Of a stretch of 64,000 nucleotides of DNA, positions 37,213-47,156 are shown piece by piece. The stretch lies in the NCBI GenBank assembly GCA_035933915.1, contig DASYYL010000085.1:13747-77746 (forward strand). Direction: 5' to 3'. A model generated the notes under the pieces. It ran no database searches, was not told where the DNA came from, and worked only from the letters and a program-made list of their open reading frames with translations. The DNA is from Verrucomicrobiia bacterium (lineage in GTDB: Bacteria > Verrucomicrobiota > Verrucomicrobiia > Limisphaerales > UBA11358). Every line of letters starts with the position of its first letter. Within the stretch, counting starts at the first letter, position 1. The translations under genes were made by a program, and so were the position numbers.

Positions 37213-37452
37213 ATGAAAGTGCGTCTTTTCATCAAACCATACTGCGGCTGGTGCGACCAGGCCATGACTTGGCTCGACGAACACGGCGTTTCCTACGAAA
37301 CACTCGACGTCATCGCCGACGCCAAAGCCAACGCCGAGATGGTCCGTCTCTCCGGCCAAACCCTGGCCCCTGTGATTGACGTCGACGGCAAAATCCTCGC
37401 CGACTTCGGCCCAGACGAACTCGCCACCTTTTGGAAGAAAATCGCACGGTAG
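37213..37452 (+). CDS. Glutaredoxin-family (NrdH-like) small redox protein
   Basis: The 79-aa ORF has the CxxC motif YCGWC and a thioredoxin-fold pattern. Confidence 0.85.
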   Translation: MKVRLFIKPYCGWCDQAMTWLDEHGVSYETLDVIADAKANAEMVRLSGQTLAPVIDVDGKILADFGPDELATFWKKIAR

Positions 37453-37521
37453 GGAGGGCGCGCTGCGCCGTCCGCGCCGCGTCTAGCGGCGCAACCTCTA
37501 TGTGGTCGGACGTTCAAACAT

Positions 37522-38016
37522 TTGTGTTCCGCCCGCTCTGCGCGGTCGGTGGCAGCGCAGCGCGCGGTCGACGACATCTGCGCGGAACTGAAGCCCCAGT
37601 TGGCCGATGTCTTTGCGCTCTACGTAAAGACGAAGAACTTTCATTGGCATATGACCGGAAAACATTTCCGGGATTATCACCTGTTGCTCGACGAACATGG
37701 CGAACAGATTTTTGACATGACCGATGGCATTGCGGAACGCGCGCGCAAACTCGGCGGAACAACCCTTCGTTCGATCGGGGACATTTCCCGTCATCAACGC
37801 CTGAAAGACAATGACGCAAAGTCGGTGAGCCCGTCGGACATGCTGGCGGATCTGCTTTCGGACAACCGGCAACTGGCAGCCTCGATGCGAAAAACACACG
37901 AGGTCTGCGACAAGCGCGGTGATGTGGCGACAGCGAGCCTCCTGGAGAATTGGATCGATGAGACCGAGCGTCGCGCGTGGTTTTTATCGGAGATTGTCGC
38001 GAGCGAACCGGGATGA
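37522..38016 (+). CDS. dps: Dps (DNA protection during starvation) ferritin-like protein
   Basis: The segment LADVFALYVKTKNFHWHMTGKHFRDYHLLLDEH matches the Dps ferroxidase region. The start (TTG at 37522) is uncertain. Confidence 0.9.
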   Translation: MCSARSARSVAAQRAVDDICAELKPQLADVFALYVKTKNFHWHMTGKHFRDYHLLLDEHGEQIFDMTDGIAERARKLGGTTLRSIGDISRHQRLKDNDAKSVSPSDMLADLLSDNRQLAASMRKTHEVCDKRGDVATASLLENWIDETERRAWFLSEIVASEPG

Positions 38017-38052
38017 TTGGCGCGGGAGCACTGCCCTGCCATCCGAGCCGCT

Positions 38053-40323
38053 TTAACGGTTCAACGCGTCGGCCTGAAGATTCTCCAAGTGACCTTCGTG
38101 CCGCACGTTCAGCAATTCCCCGCGAAAAGGGCGCGGCGCAGGACCTGAGGGCGGGCCATTCCGTTGATACTCGGTTGTCCAAAGGAAATCGGGTTGATAA
38201 GCGAAAAGTCCGCGGATGATGGTTTCCGCGAATGAGCCGCCATTGCTCGCGTTATATGTTTGATGGCTGTTGGGGCTTCCGCCGCGGCTGGTGATGCGGG
38301 CCAGGGCATCGGGCTCGCGGCTCGAAAGTTCGCGCGATTGCGAAAACGGCCCTTCTTGCGTCACCCAGGCGCAACGATGCAAAACGTCCAGCGCTTTGTC
38401 ATATTCTCCAAACTCGCAAAACGCGGCCGCCGTTTCCGCCGGCCACGCGCAAAAGGCGCCCATGGGGCCGTGGTCCGGGCGGTTCGAGTCGGCAGCGGCA
38501 ACGTCGCTTAGCGACTGCGCGCGCATCCAATGGTCCGTCAACAATTCGCGTTCGACAAAATCGGTCATTTCGCCGCGCATTTTTGGCGTCAAATCGTTTG
38601 GAATCGTCAGGCCAATCGTCGCAAAATCAAAAACATGCCGGACTTGCACACGCGAGCCGTCGTTGTGCAATGCGTCCCACACGCCCTGGCCGGGTTCGTA
38701 GAGGGCGAGCACTGCCGGAAGCAATTTGGCCGACTTGGCGCGCAATTGAGCCGCGCGCACGAGGTTTCCATGTACTTCCTCAATGTCTGCCACGCGGCGC
38801 ATCATCCACACATTGGCGGCGTTGAACGAGGCCACTTCGTTGATATACGTTGGAACGCATTCCAATAGGTTGGCTTTGCCGCCGTAATCAGCCAACGCTT
38901 GCCCGGGTTTGACCAGCGATTCCCAGTGCGTCGCCATGGCGTCCATGTGCTCGAGCACGGTTTTGCCGCCGACAGTTTCGGAAAGAAAAGCGCGGTCGCC
39001 GGTCACGTTCAGATAGTCATTGAGCAGAATAAAAATGGAATAATCATTGGCGCTGTACCACGGACCCTTCAATGTTCCGGTCAAATATTCCTCAGCGTAA
39101 CCGTTGTAAATACCCTTACCCAGCCATGAACGCAGGCAATTCTTGAGTGTGACCGGGTCCAACAGCGCGAACACTGTGGCCCATTCCCGGGTGTCCCAGA
39201 AATACATCATGGTGCAGTTGCTTTCGGGCGTGTTGCTCACATAAACCCTCGGCGCCACCGGGAATCCCGTCCGCAGAACACTCAAAAGTGAGAGCGCGCT
39301 CATATAATACACGCGCCGCACTTGTTCATCGGGCGTCACCAGCGTCGGCAAATTTCCCGAAAACACGGAATTACCCGGCGTGAACATCGCATCAAATCGC
39401 TGTTGCCAGTCCAGGGGCACCGCGTCAAAGGCCGCGTCAAAATGTTTCGCCCATCTCTCCGCAGAAGCTTCAACGGCTTTCTTTTCATCTCCAATTGCCA
39501 AAGCATAATTGACCGTAGCGCCCGCACCCGGTTTGAGCGTCAGATGCCAATCGGCAAAATGTTCCTGTTCTGACAATTCATCCGGTATTTGCTCAAAGCT
39601 GAAACAGTTCGCAAGTCCATCCTGTGAATCATCTAATAGCAGCAACCGCCGGTCATGCGTCGCCACGGCTGAAAATTGTGCGGCTGCGTCCTTGGGACGG
39701 GGAACGCCCCAGCCCCAGCTTTCATGCCGTGATGTGGCGGCGGATAGATTGATCTTCATCTCAAAGGTCCGGGTTTCGGTTCCGTTATTCGTCAAAGCAA
39801 GATGGAAGAGAAGGCCTCGTTTTCTGTAAGGCATTCGAACCACAGTTTCGATGTCGAGGCTACCTGCGCTCGCCCGCCGTAACACCTGATAGGCGAACCA
39901 CTGTGTCTGCGCCAGCACCGGCACTTGGCCATCTACCAAAAGTGAGCCGGAATCTCCGGTCATGGTGATGGGCGGAAAACTGAGGTTGCCGATTCCCACG
40001 GCGTCCCACGTAGCCTTGCCCGACCCAAGAGAATTGTTAAGAGCAGGCAAGGATAGCAAATTGGACGCGATTTCCCATTTTCCGGTCAACTCGTCCAGGC
40101 GGGGGACGTTGCGTAACCGCTGGGCGTTAACACTTTGCGAATACAAAAACACCGGCCAAATAAGAAAAAGCCATGCTGCGGAAACGGCTCTGAAAAACGT
40201 GAATTTCACGGGATTAATCTTGGCATGAAAGAGGCTATCTCCAAAAGCGGGATTTTCGGATTTTCTCCAGTAAAACCGATGGGGGACGGCGTTTGTGCCG
40301 TTGGGGTGGAACGGGCGACCCAT
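38053..40323 (-). CDS. Secreted glycoside-hydrolase-like protein (family not assigned)
   Basis: The 756-aa ORF has an N-terminal hydrophobic segment. Its W/Y/D-rich composition resembles alpha/alpha-barrel GHs (MYFWDTREW). The start is uncertain. Confidence 0.5.
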   Translation of the reverse strand: MGRPFHPNGTNAVPHRFYWRKSENPAFGDSLFHAKINPVKFTFFRAVSAAWLFLIWPVFLYSQSVNAQRLRNVPRLDELTGKWEIASNLLSLPALNNSLGSGKATWDAVGIGNLSFPPITMTGDSGSLLVDGQVPVLAQTQWFAYQVLRRASAGSLDIETVVRMPYRKRGLLFHLALTNNGTETRTFEMKINLSAATSRHESWGWGVPRPKDAAAQFSAVATHDRRLLLLDDSQDGLANCFSFEQIPDELSEQEHFADWHLTLKPGAGATVNYALAIGDEKKAVEASAERWAKHFDAAFDAVPLDWQQRFDAMFTPGNSVFSGNLPTLVTPDEQVRRVYYMSALSLLSVLRTGFPVAPRVYVSNTPESNCTMMYFWDTREWATVFALLDPVTLKNCLRSWLGKGIYNGYAEEYLTGTLKGPWYSANDYSIFILLNDYLNVTGDRAFLSETVGGKTVLEHMDAMATHWESLVKPGQALADYGGKANLLECVPTYINEVASFNAANVWMMRRVADIEEVHGNLVRAAQLRAKSAKLLPAVLALYEPGQGVWDALHNDGSRVQVRHVFDFATIGLTIPNDLTPKMRGEMTDFVERELLTDHWMRAQSLSDVAAADSNRPDHGPMGAFCAWPAETAAAFCEFGEYDKALDVLHRCAWVTQEGPFSQSRELSSREPDALARITSRGGSPNSHQTYNASNGGSFAETIIRGLFAYQPDFLWTTEYQRNGPPSGPAPRPFRGELLNVRHEGHLENLQADALNR

Positions 40324-40460
40324 CCGTTGCGGTATTGCCGCACGGAGCGTCGGGCGGGCGGGGTGAAGGTGCCTCGCCTACAGGCTGGTAGCCTGTTCCA
40401 CCCTTTTTCCCTTTTGCCCCTAACATGCGCGGAAAGAACGTCCGATTTCGTTAAAGAGAC

Positions 40461-41570
40461 ATGTCATTGCAACGTCATTTTAGAATTCTCTGTGCAGCCG
40501 CCGTCCTTGTCTTTTTCACACTGGCCGCTATGGCGGACGATTGCGGCATTTGCGGCCAGCAGATCTACGGCAAGATTTACTTAATGACCGACGACGTCAC
40601 CCATCGCCAGGTCGAAGTCTGCACAAACTGCCTTCAATTGCCTCCGTGTTTCATTTGCAGCTTGCCCGCCAAAGATGGCGTGCATCTTTCCGATGGCCGA
40701 TGGCTCTGCACACGCGACGCCCAAAATGCAGTCATGGACGTTGACACCGTCCAGCGCACGTTCGGCCAGATCCACGATTATCTGGACCACATGTACGCCC
40801 GTTTCACGTCCTTTCCCACAAACGTGGACGTCTCAGTCATTGATCGCGTAGACGTGGATTCGATGTTTCAGATGGTCGGAAATTCGTTCGAAAGCCCCGA
40901 CGTCCTCGGCGTGACTGAACCCTACGAGACCAATAGCGTTAAGCGTTATAAAATCTCTCTGCTCACCGGCCAACCGCTGCCGCAACTCGAGGAAGTGTGC
41001 GCCCACGAATTATCGCACGCCTGGGTCGGCGAAAATGTATCACCCGAACGCCACTCGCGCATTGACCGCGACGCCGAAGAGGGCTTTTGCGAAATGATGG
41101 GTTATTTGGTCATGGATGCCATGGGCGAGGAAGGCGAAAAAAAACGCGTCCTCGAAAATGCCTACACACGGGGCCAGGTCCAATTGTTCATCGCCGCTGA
41201 ACAGCAATATGGTTTCGATGAGGTCCTGGATTGGATGCAATACGGCGTGACCAGCCGGCTTGAAGAGGATCATCTGGACGAGGTTCGCGACGTCCAAATG
41301 CCCGTCTCCCGAGCTGTGGCCAACTTTGCCGCCCGGAAAAACGTCGGTTCGGCGCCTGCGCCTGCGCCCTCCACCCTGCAGCTCCAGGGCATCATGTGGG
41401 GAAGCATGCCTTCAGCAATCATCAACGGACGCTCGTTCTTTGCCGGAGACGAAAATAAAGTGCGCCTCGGACAGTCAACCGTCTCCATTCGTTGCCTGTC
41501 CATTAATAAAACTGCCGTTGAAATCCGGAATTTGGATTCCGGCACGGAAGAGCAATTGAATCTTCCATGA
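40461..41570 (+). CDS. DA1-like zinc metallopeptidase with N-terminal LIM/zinc-ribbon-like Cys clusters
   Basis: The Cys clusters are CGICGQQI...CTNC...CFIC...C. The zincin motif HELSHAW is followed by EGFCEMMGY. A signal/anchor segment lies at the N-terminus. Confidence 0.65.
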   Translation: MSLQRHFRILCAAAVLVFFTLAAMADDCGICGQQIYGKIYLMTDDVTHRQVEVCTNCLQLPPCFICSLPAKDGVHLSDGRWLCTRDAQNAVMDVDTVQRTFGQIHDYLDHMYARFTSFPTNVDVSVIDRVDVDSMFQMVGNSFESPDVLGVTEPYETNSVKRYKISLLTGQPLPQLEEVCAHELSHAWVGENVSPERHSRIDRDAEEGFCEMMGYLVMDAMGEEGEKKRVLENAYTRGQVQLFIAAEQQYGFDEVLDWMQYGVTSRLEEDHLDEVRDVQMPVSRAVANFAARKNVGSAPAPAPSTLQLQGIMWGSMPSAIINGRSFFAGDENKVRLGQSTVSIRCLSINKTAVEIRNLDSGTEEQLNLP

Positions 41571-41986
41571 ACCGAAACTCGACAGTTTTCCTACTCGGAT
41601 TCGGAGTGATAGTCGCTCACCTGCTTCTTGCAAAGCTGCTTTGGGGCGTTCTATGGGCAGGTTTCGTCGCGGGACTTTCACTGGTAGCATTCCTGGCGTT
41701 CGGTTTCGGATATTTTTATGTTTGGTTCGGGCGGCCGGGATGTACGATACGCGATCCGGAAATCGTTGAGATTCTCGATAAACCGTCACTCGGACGAACC
41801 CACGCGAATCATTCCGCCGGTTCCGCAAATGACGGAGGTGGCGATGGTGGCAATGCAGTTTGCAAAATGTGCCGCCTCATTCGCGGGCCGCCACCGCCAA
41901 TCCGCGTTCTGTCTCCGATGGCCCAAAAGCGATGTATTAAGGCCCAAAAAAATTCCCGCGCACAGTTGCCAAATCTCCGGTTTTGA
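41567..41986 (+). CDS. Hypothetical membrane protein
   Basis: There is an ATGA overlap with the preceding gene and two TM helices at the N-terminus. The C-terminal half is low-complexity, so the real end is uncertain. Confidence 0.35.
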   Translation: MNRNSTVFLLGFGVIVAHLLLAKLLWGVLWAGFVAGLSLVAFLAFGFGYFYVWFGRPGCTIRDPEIVEILDKPSLGRTHANHSAGSANDGGGDGGNAVCKMCRLIRGPPPPIRVLSPMAQKRCIKAQKNSRAQLPNLRF

Positions 41987-42006
41987 GCAAGATTGAATTG
42001 CGGACT

Positions 42007-42576
42007 ATGCCGGACTCGCTCAAGCAGAAGTTTTTGAAAGGCCAGTTACTGCTGGATAGCGGGCAATTGGTCGGCTCGTTTTTTCAACGGACGGTCATCC
42101 TCGTTTGCCAGCATGATTCCGAAGGCGCCTTTGGCCTGGTCCTGAACCGAGCTACTGGCAGCAAGGTGGGCGATGTTATTGTAGCCGACCTGCCCGACGC
42201 TCTCAAAGAAGCCCAACTTTACCTCGGCGGCCCGGTCCAGCCCGGCGCACTGAGCTTTTTGCACTCGGATAATTTCATCCCGGATGCGAACGTCTTTCCA
42301 AACCTCAACCTCGGCCATTCCCTGGACGATTTGGTGGAAATCGGCGAATCGTATTCGGCCGGCAAAAAAGTGAAGATGTTCGCCGGCTACGCCGGATGGT
42401 CGCCCGGCCAGCTTGAAGACGAAATGAAACGCAAATCCTGGCTGATCTATCCCGCCTCTCTCGAATTGGTCTTTGAAACGCCGTCCGAACAGCTTTGGCA
42501 AAAAATTCTCTACGCCAAAGGCGGCTGGCGCAACAAATTGCTCTCCCAAATGCCCGATAATTTGTCGAATAACTGA
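42007..42576 (+). CDS. YqgE/AlgH-family (UPF0301) protein
   Basis: The segments VILVCQHDSEGAFGLVLNR...LGGPV...GYAGWSPGQLEDE match the family signature. Confidence 0.88.
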   Translation: MPDSLKQKFLKGQLLLDSGQLVGSFFQRTVILVCQHDSEGAFGLVLNRATGSKVGDVIVADLPDALKEAQLYLGGPVQPGALSFLHSDNFIPDANVFPNLNLGHSLDDLVEIGESYSAGKKVKMFAGYAGWSPGQLEDEMKRKSWLIYPASLELVFETPSEQLWQKILYAKGGWRNKLLSQMPDNLSNN

Positions 42577-42631
42577 TCGGCTTTTTCAGTTTCCGATAGC
42601 GCCGCGCGGCTGACTCCCACATCATCGTCTG

Positions 42632-43885
42632 ATGACACAGCAACGCTGGCTGCGCATCATTCCTGTGGCGTTAGTCGCGTACACGATTTCCTATGTGGAC
42701 CGGACGAATATCTCGCTCGCCCTGGACCCGAAAATTTCCACGATGATGCGCGACCTGGCGATGGACGACCGCATGAAAGGCCAGGCGGCGGGGATCTTTT
42801 TCCTGGGCTACGTCCTGTTGCAAACTACCGGCGGCTACCTGGCAAGTCGTTGGAGCGCCAAAAAACTGGTCAGCCTGTGCCTGATATTCTGGGGAACGTG
42901 CGCGATAGGCTGCGGTCTGGCAAAAACGTTCACGCAATTTGAAGCGATGCGATTTTTGTTGGGCGTGGCCGAGAGCAGTGTATACCCGGCCATCGTCGTA
43001 TTGCTGGCGCATTGGTTTCCGCGCGCTGAACGCGCCCGCGCCAATGCCGCGTGGAACCTCTGCCAACCGCTCGCCGTTGCCGCGTCCGCGCCGGTCACGG
43101 GATGGCTGCTCGGCGCCTATGGCTGGCAAACGATGCTGATTTTCGAAGGCGTCCTTCCGTTTGTGTGGCTGCCGATTTGGTGGTTCTTCATCAGCGACCA
43201 TCCCCGTGACGCGAAATGGATTTCGACAGAGGAACGGGAATTTCTGGAAACCACTTTGCAACGCGAAGAGGCCGAACTGGAATCGCCGGGGAAGGTTTCT
43301 GTCTGGAATTGGTTTCTGCGCCGGGAAATCCCGGTCATGATCGTGATCAACTTTTTTCACAATGCCCAGGCGTATGGTTGCATGACCTTTTTTACCGACG
43401 GATTGAAAACCAAACATTTCAACGCCGTGCAATACGGCTTTCTCTTTGCCGTCCCATACGCGATCACGGCTGTGATTATGATTCTGAACTCGTGGCACTC
43501 AGACAAAACTCGCGAACGACGCGGGCACGTGGCGTTTGTTTATACCCTGAGCGGTGCCAGCCTGATTGCAAGCGTGTTGACCCGTGAACATTTTTGGCTG
43601 TCCTACGCGTTCATGTGCCTGGCTATACCCGGCCCGTTCGCCGCCCTTGCCCCATTCTGGGCAATCCCGACTGAAACCATGCCGGCCAATGTCTTCGGGC
43701 CGGTCATCGGTTTGGTCAACGCCATTGGTAACACCGGCGGATTTGCCGGTCCTTACATCGTCGGCTGGCTGGCGGGGCAATATCAGAGCACGGCCGTCCC
43801 GTTCAACGTATTGGGCATCGACATGTTGCTGGCGGCAGCGCTGGCTTTCCTGCTGCCAAAGCAATTAACAGAGCCCCGACCGTGA
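42632..43885 (+). CDS. MFS transporter (anion:cation symporter-like)
   Basis: Twelve predicted helices are present. The motifs YVDRTNISLA and GYLASRWSAKK are typical of ACS-type MFS transporters. Confidence 0.88.
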   Translation: MTQQRWLRIIPVALVAYTISYVDRTNISLALDPKISTMMRDLAMDDRMKGQAAGIFFLGYVLLQTTGGYLASRWSAKKLVSLCLIFWGTCAIGCGLAKTFTQFEAMRFLLGVAESSVYPAIVVLLAHWFPRAERARANAAWNLCQPLAVAASAPVTGWLLGAYGWQTMLIFEGVLPFVWLPIWWFFISDHPRDAKWISTEEREFLETTLQREEAELESPGKVSVWNWFLRREIPVMIVINFFHNAQAYGCMTFFTDGLKTKHFNAVQYGFLFAVPYAITAVIMILNSWHSDKTRERRGHVAFVYTLSGASLIASVLTREHFWLSYAFMCLAIPGPFAALAPFWAIPTETMPANVFGPVIGLVNAIGNTGGFAGPYIVGWLAGQYQSTAVPFNVLGIDMLLAAALAFLLPKQLTEPRP

Positions 43886-43913
43886 GGGAGGGGGCAGGTT
43901 GATTTCCGCTTGC

Positions 43914-44432
43914 TCACGCGTGGGGCTCTGTTGAAATGCCGTCCAGAATTTGAATCAACTCCGTCACGATTTCCTCCGGCGTGCGTTCGCAACTGAAAGT
44001 CAAAGCGTCCGGCGGCGGTTCAAGAATGGCAAACTGGCTCTCCAGCAATGTCGCCGACATAAAATGGCCGCCGCGATTTTTCAATCGCTCTTCAATCAAG
44101 TTGAAGGGTCCGGTGAGAAAAACAAACCTGACGCGTCGGTCACCGCCTTGAAGTTGTTCCCGATATTTCGCTTTTAACGCCGAACAGGTAAACGCCGCCA
44201 ATTCGTTCTTTGCGATCGAACCCGAAATCAGTTCCCTCAGCGTGTGCAGCCATTGTGCGCGATCATCGTCCGTCAATGGAATCCCCTGGCGCATTTTGGC
44301 AACATTGGACGGCGGATGATAATCGTCTCCTTCAAAAAAGACCGCGCCGGTTCTTTCCACGAACAATTTCGCGACCGTCGTTTTGCCGCTGCCGGCCACA
44401 CCCATGAAAATTAACGTGAGCGGACGATTCAT
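43914..44432 (-). CDS. gntK: Gluconokinase
   Basis: The P-loop is FMGVAGSGKTTVA. GDDYHPPSNVAKMRQGIPLTDDDR matches the GntK signature. The start was chosen at MNRPL. Confidence 0.85.
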   Translation of the reverse strand: MNRPLTLIFMGVAGSGKTTVAKLFVERTGAVFFEGDDYHPPSNVAKMRQGIPLTDDDRAQWLHTLRELISGSIAKNELAAFTCSALKAKYREQLQGGDRRVRFVFLTGPFNLIEERLKNRGGHFMSATLLESQFAILEPPPDALTFSCERTPEEIVTELIQILDGISTEPHA

Positions 44433-44577
44433 TGCTGCGATTATGGTGTCAGGGCCTGGGATCAACAAGGAAGATGACCCACGCATCATGTGAGGTGTCA
44501 CTTTAGGCGTGAATCTGGCGCCATTCATACTTGCGGTTCACGACGCCGTGCTTCAATTTCGGGTCGTCAGGCAAAAA

Positions 44578-45048
44578 ATGAACACATTGAAGAACTCGCC
44601 GGGAGGCTGCATCTGCAGATACGTCCGATACAGAATTGGCATAGAGCCGATAACGTTGTTCGCCTGCCACTGTTCCGATTGCCAGACGATCACAGGTTCC
44701 GGCTTTGTTCTTGCGCTGCGAGTTCCGTACGGCGGCGTGACCGTGACTCAGGGAGAAGCAAAGCCTTACGATAGAAAAGAGGCCGACGAGCGAAAGAGAA
44801 TTATCCACCGGTGTCCGCGTTGCCTCACCGCTCTTTGGAGCGCGCGGCCCGACTCAAAGGATTATGTCACGGTCTATGGCGGGACGCTCGATGATTCTCC
44901 GTCGTTGCGGCCGGTCGCGCATATCTGGGCGAGAGATGCGCAGCAATGGATTACGCTGCCGAAGGAGGTGCTCATCTATGATGAGAATCCATCCGACATG
45001 CAGCCCATTATCGCCGCGTGGCGCCGGCGGAATGAAGAAATGGCGTAA
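44578..45048 (+). CDS. GFA-family (CENP-V / glutathione-dependent formaldehyde-activating) zinc protein
   Basis: The motifs GGCICRYVRY...CHCSDCQ...HRCPRC are present. Confidence 0.85.
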   Translation: MNTLKNSPGGCICRYVRYRIGIEPITLFACHCSDCQTITGSGFVLALRVPYGGVTVTQGEAKPYDRKEADERKRIIHRCPRCLTALWSARPDSKDYVTVYGGTLDDSPSLRPVAHIWARDAQQWITLPKEVLIYDENPSDMQPIIAAWRRRNEEMA

Positions 45049-45154
45049 TATCGCGCTGGAACGAAGGGTGAAATAAATTCAAAACCCGGCTGCTGCCCAA
45101 ATGAGCTTGCCCTGGCGGGGATTCGTGCGAATAATATAGGCGGAAAATTCGTGT

Positions 45155-45243
45155 GGAGAGATGGCAGAGTGGTTTAACGCGCACGCCTGGAAAGCGTGAA
45201 CAGCCTAAAGCTGTCGGGGGTTCGAATCCCCCTCTCTCCGCCA
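45155..45243 (+). tRNA. tRNA-Ser (anticodon GGA), CCA encoded
   Basis: The sequence is GGAGAGATGGCAGAGTGGTTTAACGCGCACGCCTGGAAAGCGTGAACAGCCTAAAGCTGTCGGGGGTTCGAATCCCCCTCTCTCCGCCA. It has anticodon loop CTGGAAA and a long variable arm. Confidence 0.9.
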
Positions 45244-45409
45244 CTCCTTTATTTACGCGGTTTTATTGGGTTCTTTAACGGCAACCTATGTGTAAAATAT
45301 GAACAGGCGAAAGCCATTGTTCACTGAAGTTCATATATCGGCGTACCAATCACTCCGAGCTGGGTGAAAGTTCGAGATAGACTTCATGTCATCGAAATAC
45401 AGTTCTCTC

Positions 45410-46808
45410 TTAAGAAACTGATTGTGCAACTGCTTGTTTTTGAACGAGTTCGAAGCCGAAGGCTTTGGCGGTTTTTTGTAGTGCATGGAACTTTCGGGCG
45501 GCGAATTTCTTTTCGTAATCTTCCAATCCCTGGCGGACGTAATTTTCTCCATGCTTGATCAGCCGGTAAACGATACGAGCCAGTTTATGGGCTGTGGCCG
45601 TGATACCTTCGGCTGCGCCCAAGCGGGCTTTCATCCGGCGAGCGAAGCCGCCCAAGGCAGTCTGGCTGCGTTCCAGGCTGTAGGCCGCCATGCGGAGTGC
45701 ATCCGAGGCGCGGTTGACCACGCGCCGGGTCCGGCTGCTAAGCACCCTGCCGCCGCTAATACGGTTGTCCGGGCACAGGCCCAACCAGGAGCAGAAATGC
45801 TTTTCGCTGTGAAATCGGCTGATGTTGGGACCGACCTCGGTTAGCAGGATCAAACCCGTCAATACGCCGATGCCCTCAATTCCGGTCAGGTCAACGCCAA
45901 ATTTCTCATACAGCTTCGGACGCATATCCACGCCGGCCATGGTGTCAAACGAACGACTGCGACCCTCTTTGCGTGCAGGCAGCGGCTTGATTGCCGGGTC
46001 CACCTTGACCGGCAGGTTGGCCGTCTCGCGCACAATTTGCTCGTCACAGGCGTTAATCTTGGCCTCATAGGTGTTATAGAGCTCATAGGCTTGCCGCAGC
46101 ACAAACAGATGCTCCGCCCGGTAATCACCCAAGAGAGCTTGCTGGATGGTCTGTTGGGTGGCGCGCACACGACGATCCACCATGGCCGCAAGTTTAACCG
46201 GGTCGCGTTGCCCCTCCAGAATGGCTCCGATGATGGCCAATCCACTGACGCCCGTCACGTCGCTGAGCACCTGAGGCAGTTGGATATTCATTTGCAACAG
46301 CGCCTTTTGCATGTGCTGGCATTGTGTGCTGCGGGCGCCGACCAATTCGTCGCGATAGCGCAGGTAAGTACGCAAGACACAATAGGGGTCTTGCGGCCGA
46401 AACGATCCCTGCAACAACCCATAGGTGTGCAGCCGCTGAATCCACTGGCAGTCCTGCACATCGCTCTTGCGTCCAGCCACGTTTTTGGTTTGGCGCGCAT
46501 TGACGAGAATGACGTGAAACCCGCGGCGCTCCAGAATTTGGAATAGGGCAATCCAATAAATTCCCGTCGCTTCCATCGCAACGGAGGTCACCCACACACT
46601 CCTTGAACCAGTCGGCCATCGCTTCCAGATCACCCGTGAAGGTCCCAAACTTGCGGACGGGGCGCTCACTGGCCTTCCGGGGCACACTGGCCCAATGTTC
46701 CCGTGAACCAATGTCCACACCAGCGGCATGGGCGTTAACCGGTTCCCAAACCGCGTCAATGGAGAGTTTTTTGTTTTGTTTTTTGTGTTTTGATGGTTTG
46801 CTTTTCAT
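45410..46808 (-). mobile_element. IS110-family transposase gene carrying a +1 frameshift (IS ends not defined)
   Basis: The N-terminal DEDD region (AAGVDIGSREHW...FGTFTGDLEAMADWFKEC) is in one frame. It continues (VTSVAMEATGIYW...VNARQTK... and the C-terminal transposase_20 region) in another. The switch is near 46585-46592. Confidence 0.8.
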
Positions 46809-47156
46809 GTTGTTAATGGGGCGGTTCCGGCCCAAGAGTGGCATGAAAAACTGCAATCTCTTAAACAGGATAGTTCCGCCGGCTCGCCAAAGTCGGCGGA
46901 ACTTCACTAATCAATCAGCCGAGAGTCTTGGAACCAAGCTTTGCGACGGGCACACAGGCACCATTGAACAACCGGTTATAGCTCGCCGAAATCACCCTGC
47001 GCGCGAGAGTACACCTGCTCGCTCACACGCCAAAGTTTCTTCCATTATCAGCCCCCACGGGGGTCCGGGCTTTGCAGTTCGAAACCGATTGAGGATGGAA
47101 TTGTCTCCACGGCTTGCCAAGCCGTGAAGTTCTCGACTCGTATTTATTCTCACTGA

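Noticed and set aside
37514-38182. 222-aa minus-strand ORF overlapping dps
   Set aside because: It is extremely Arg/Pro/Ser-rich and overlaps the well-supported dps gene on the other strand.
42671-43498. 275-aa ORF antisense to the MFS transporter
   Set aside because: It is a shadow frame of a 12-TM transporter gene and has no domain signature.
46194-46907. Treating the 237-aa and 449-aa minus-strand ORFs at 45410-46907 as two separate genes
   Set aside because: Only the first ~75 residues after MKSKP and the last ~390 residues of the other ORF look like IS110 transposase. Together they reconstitute one protein interrupted by a single frameshift.
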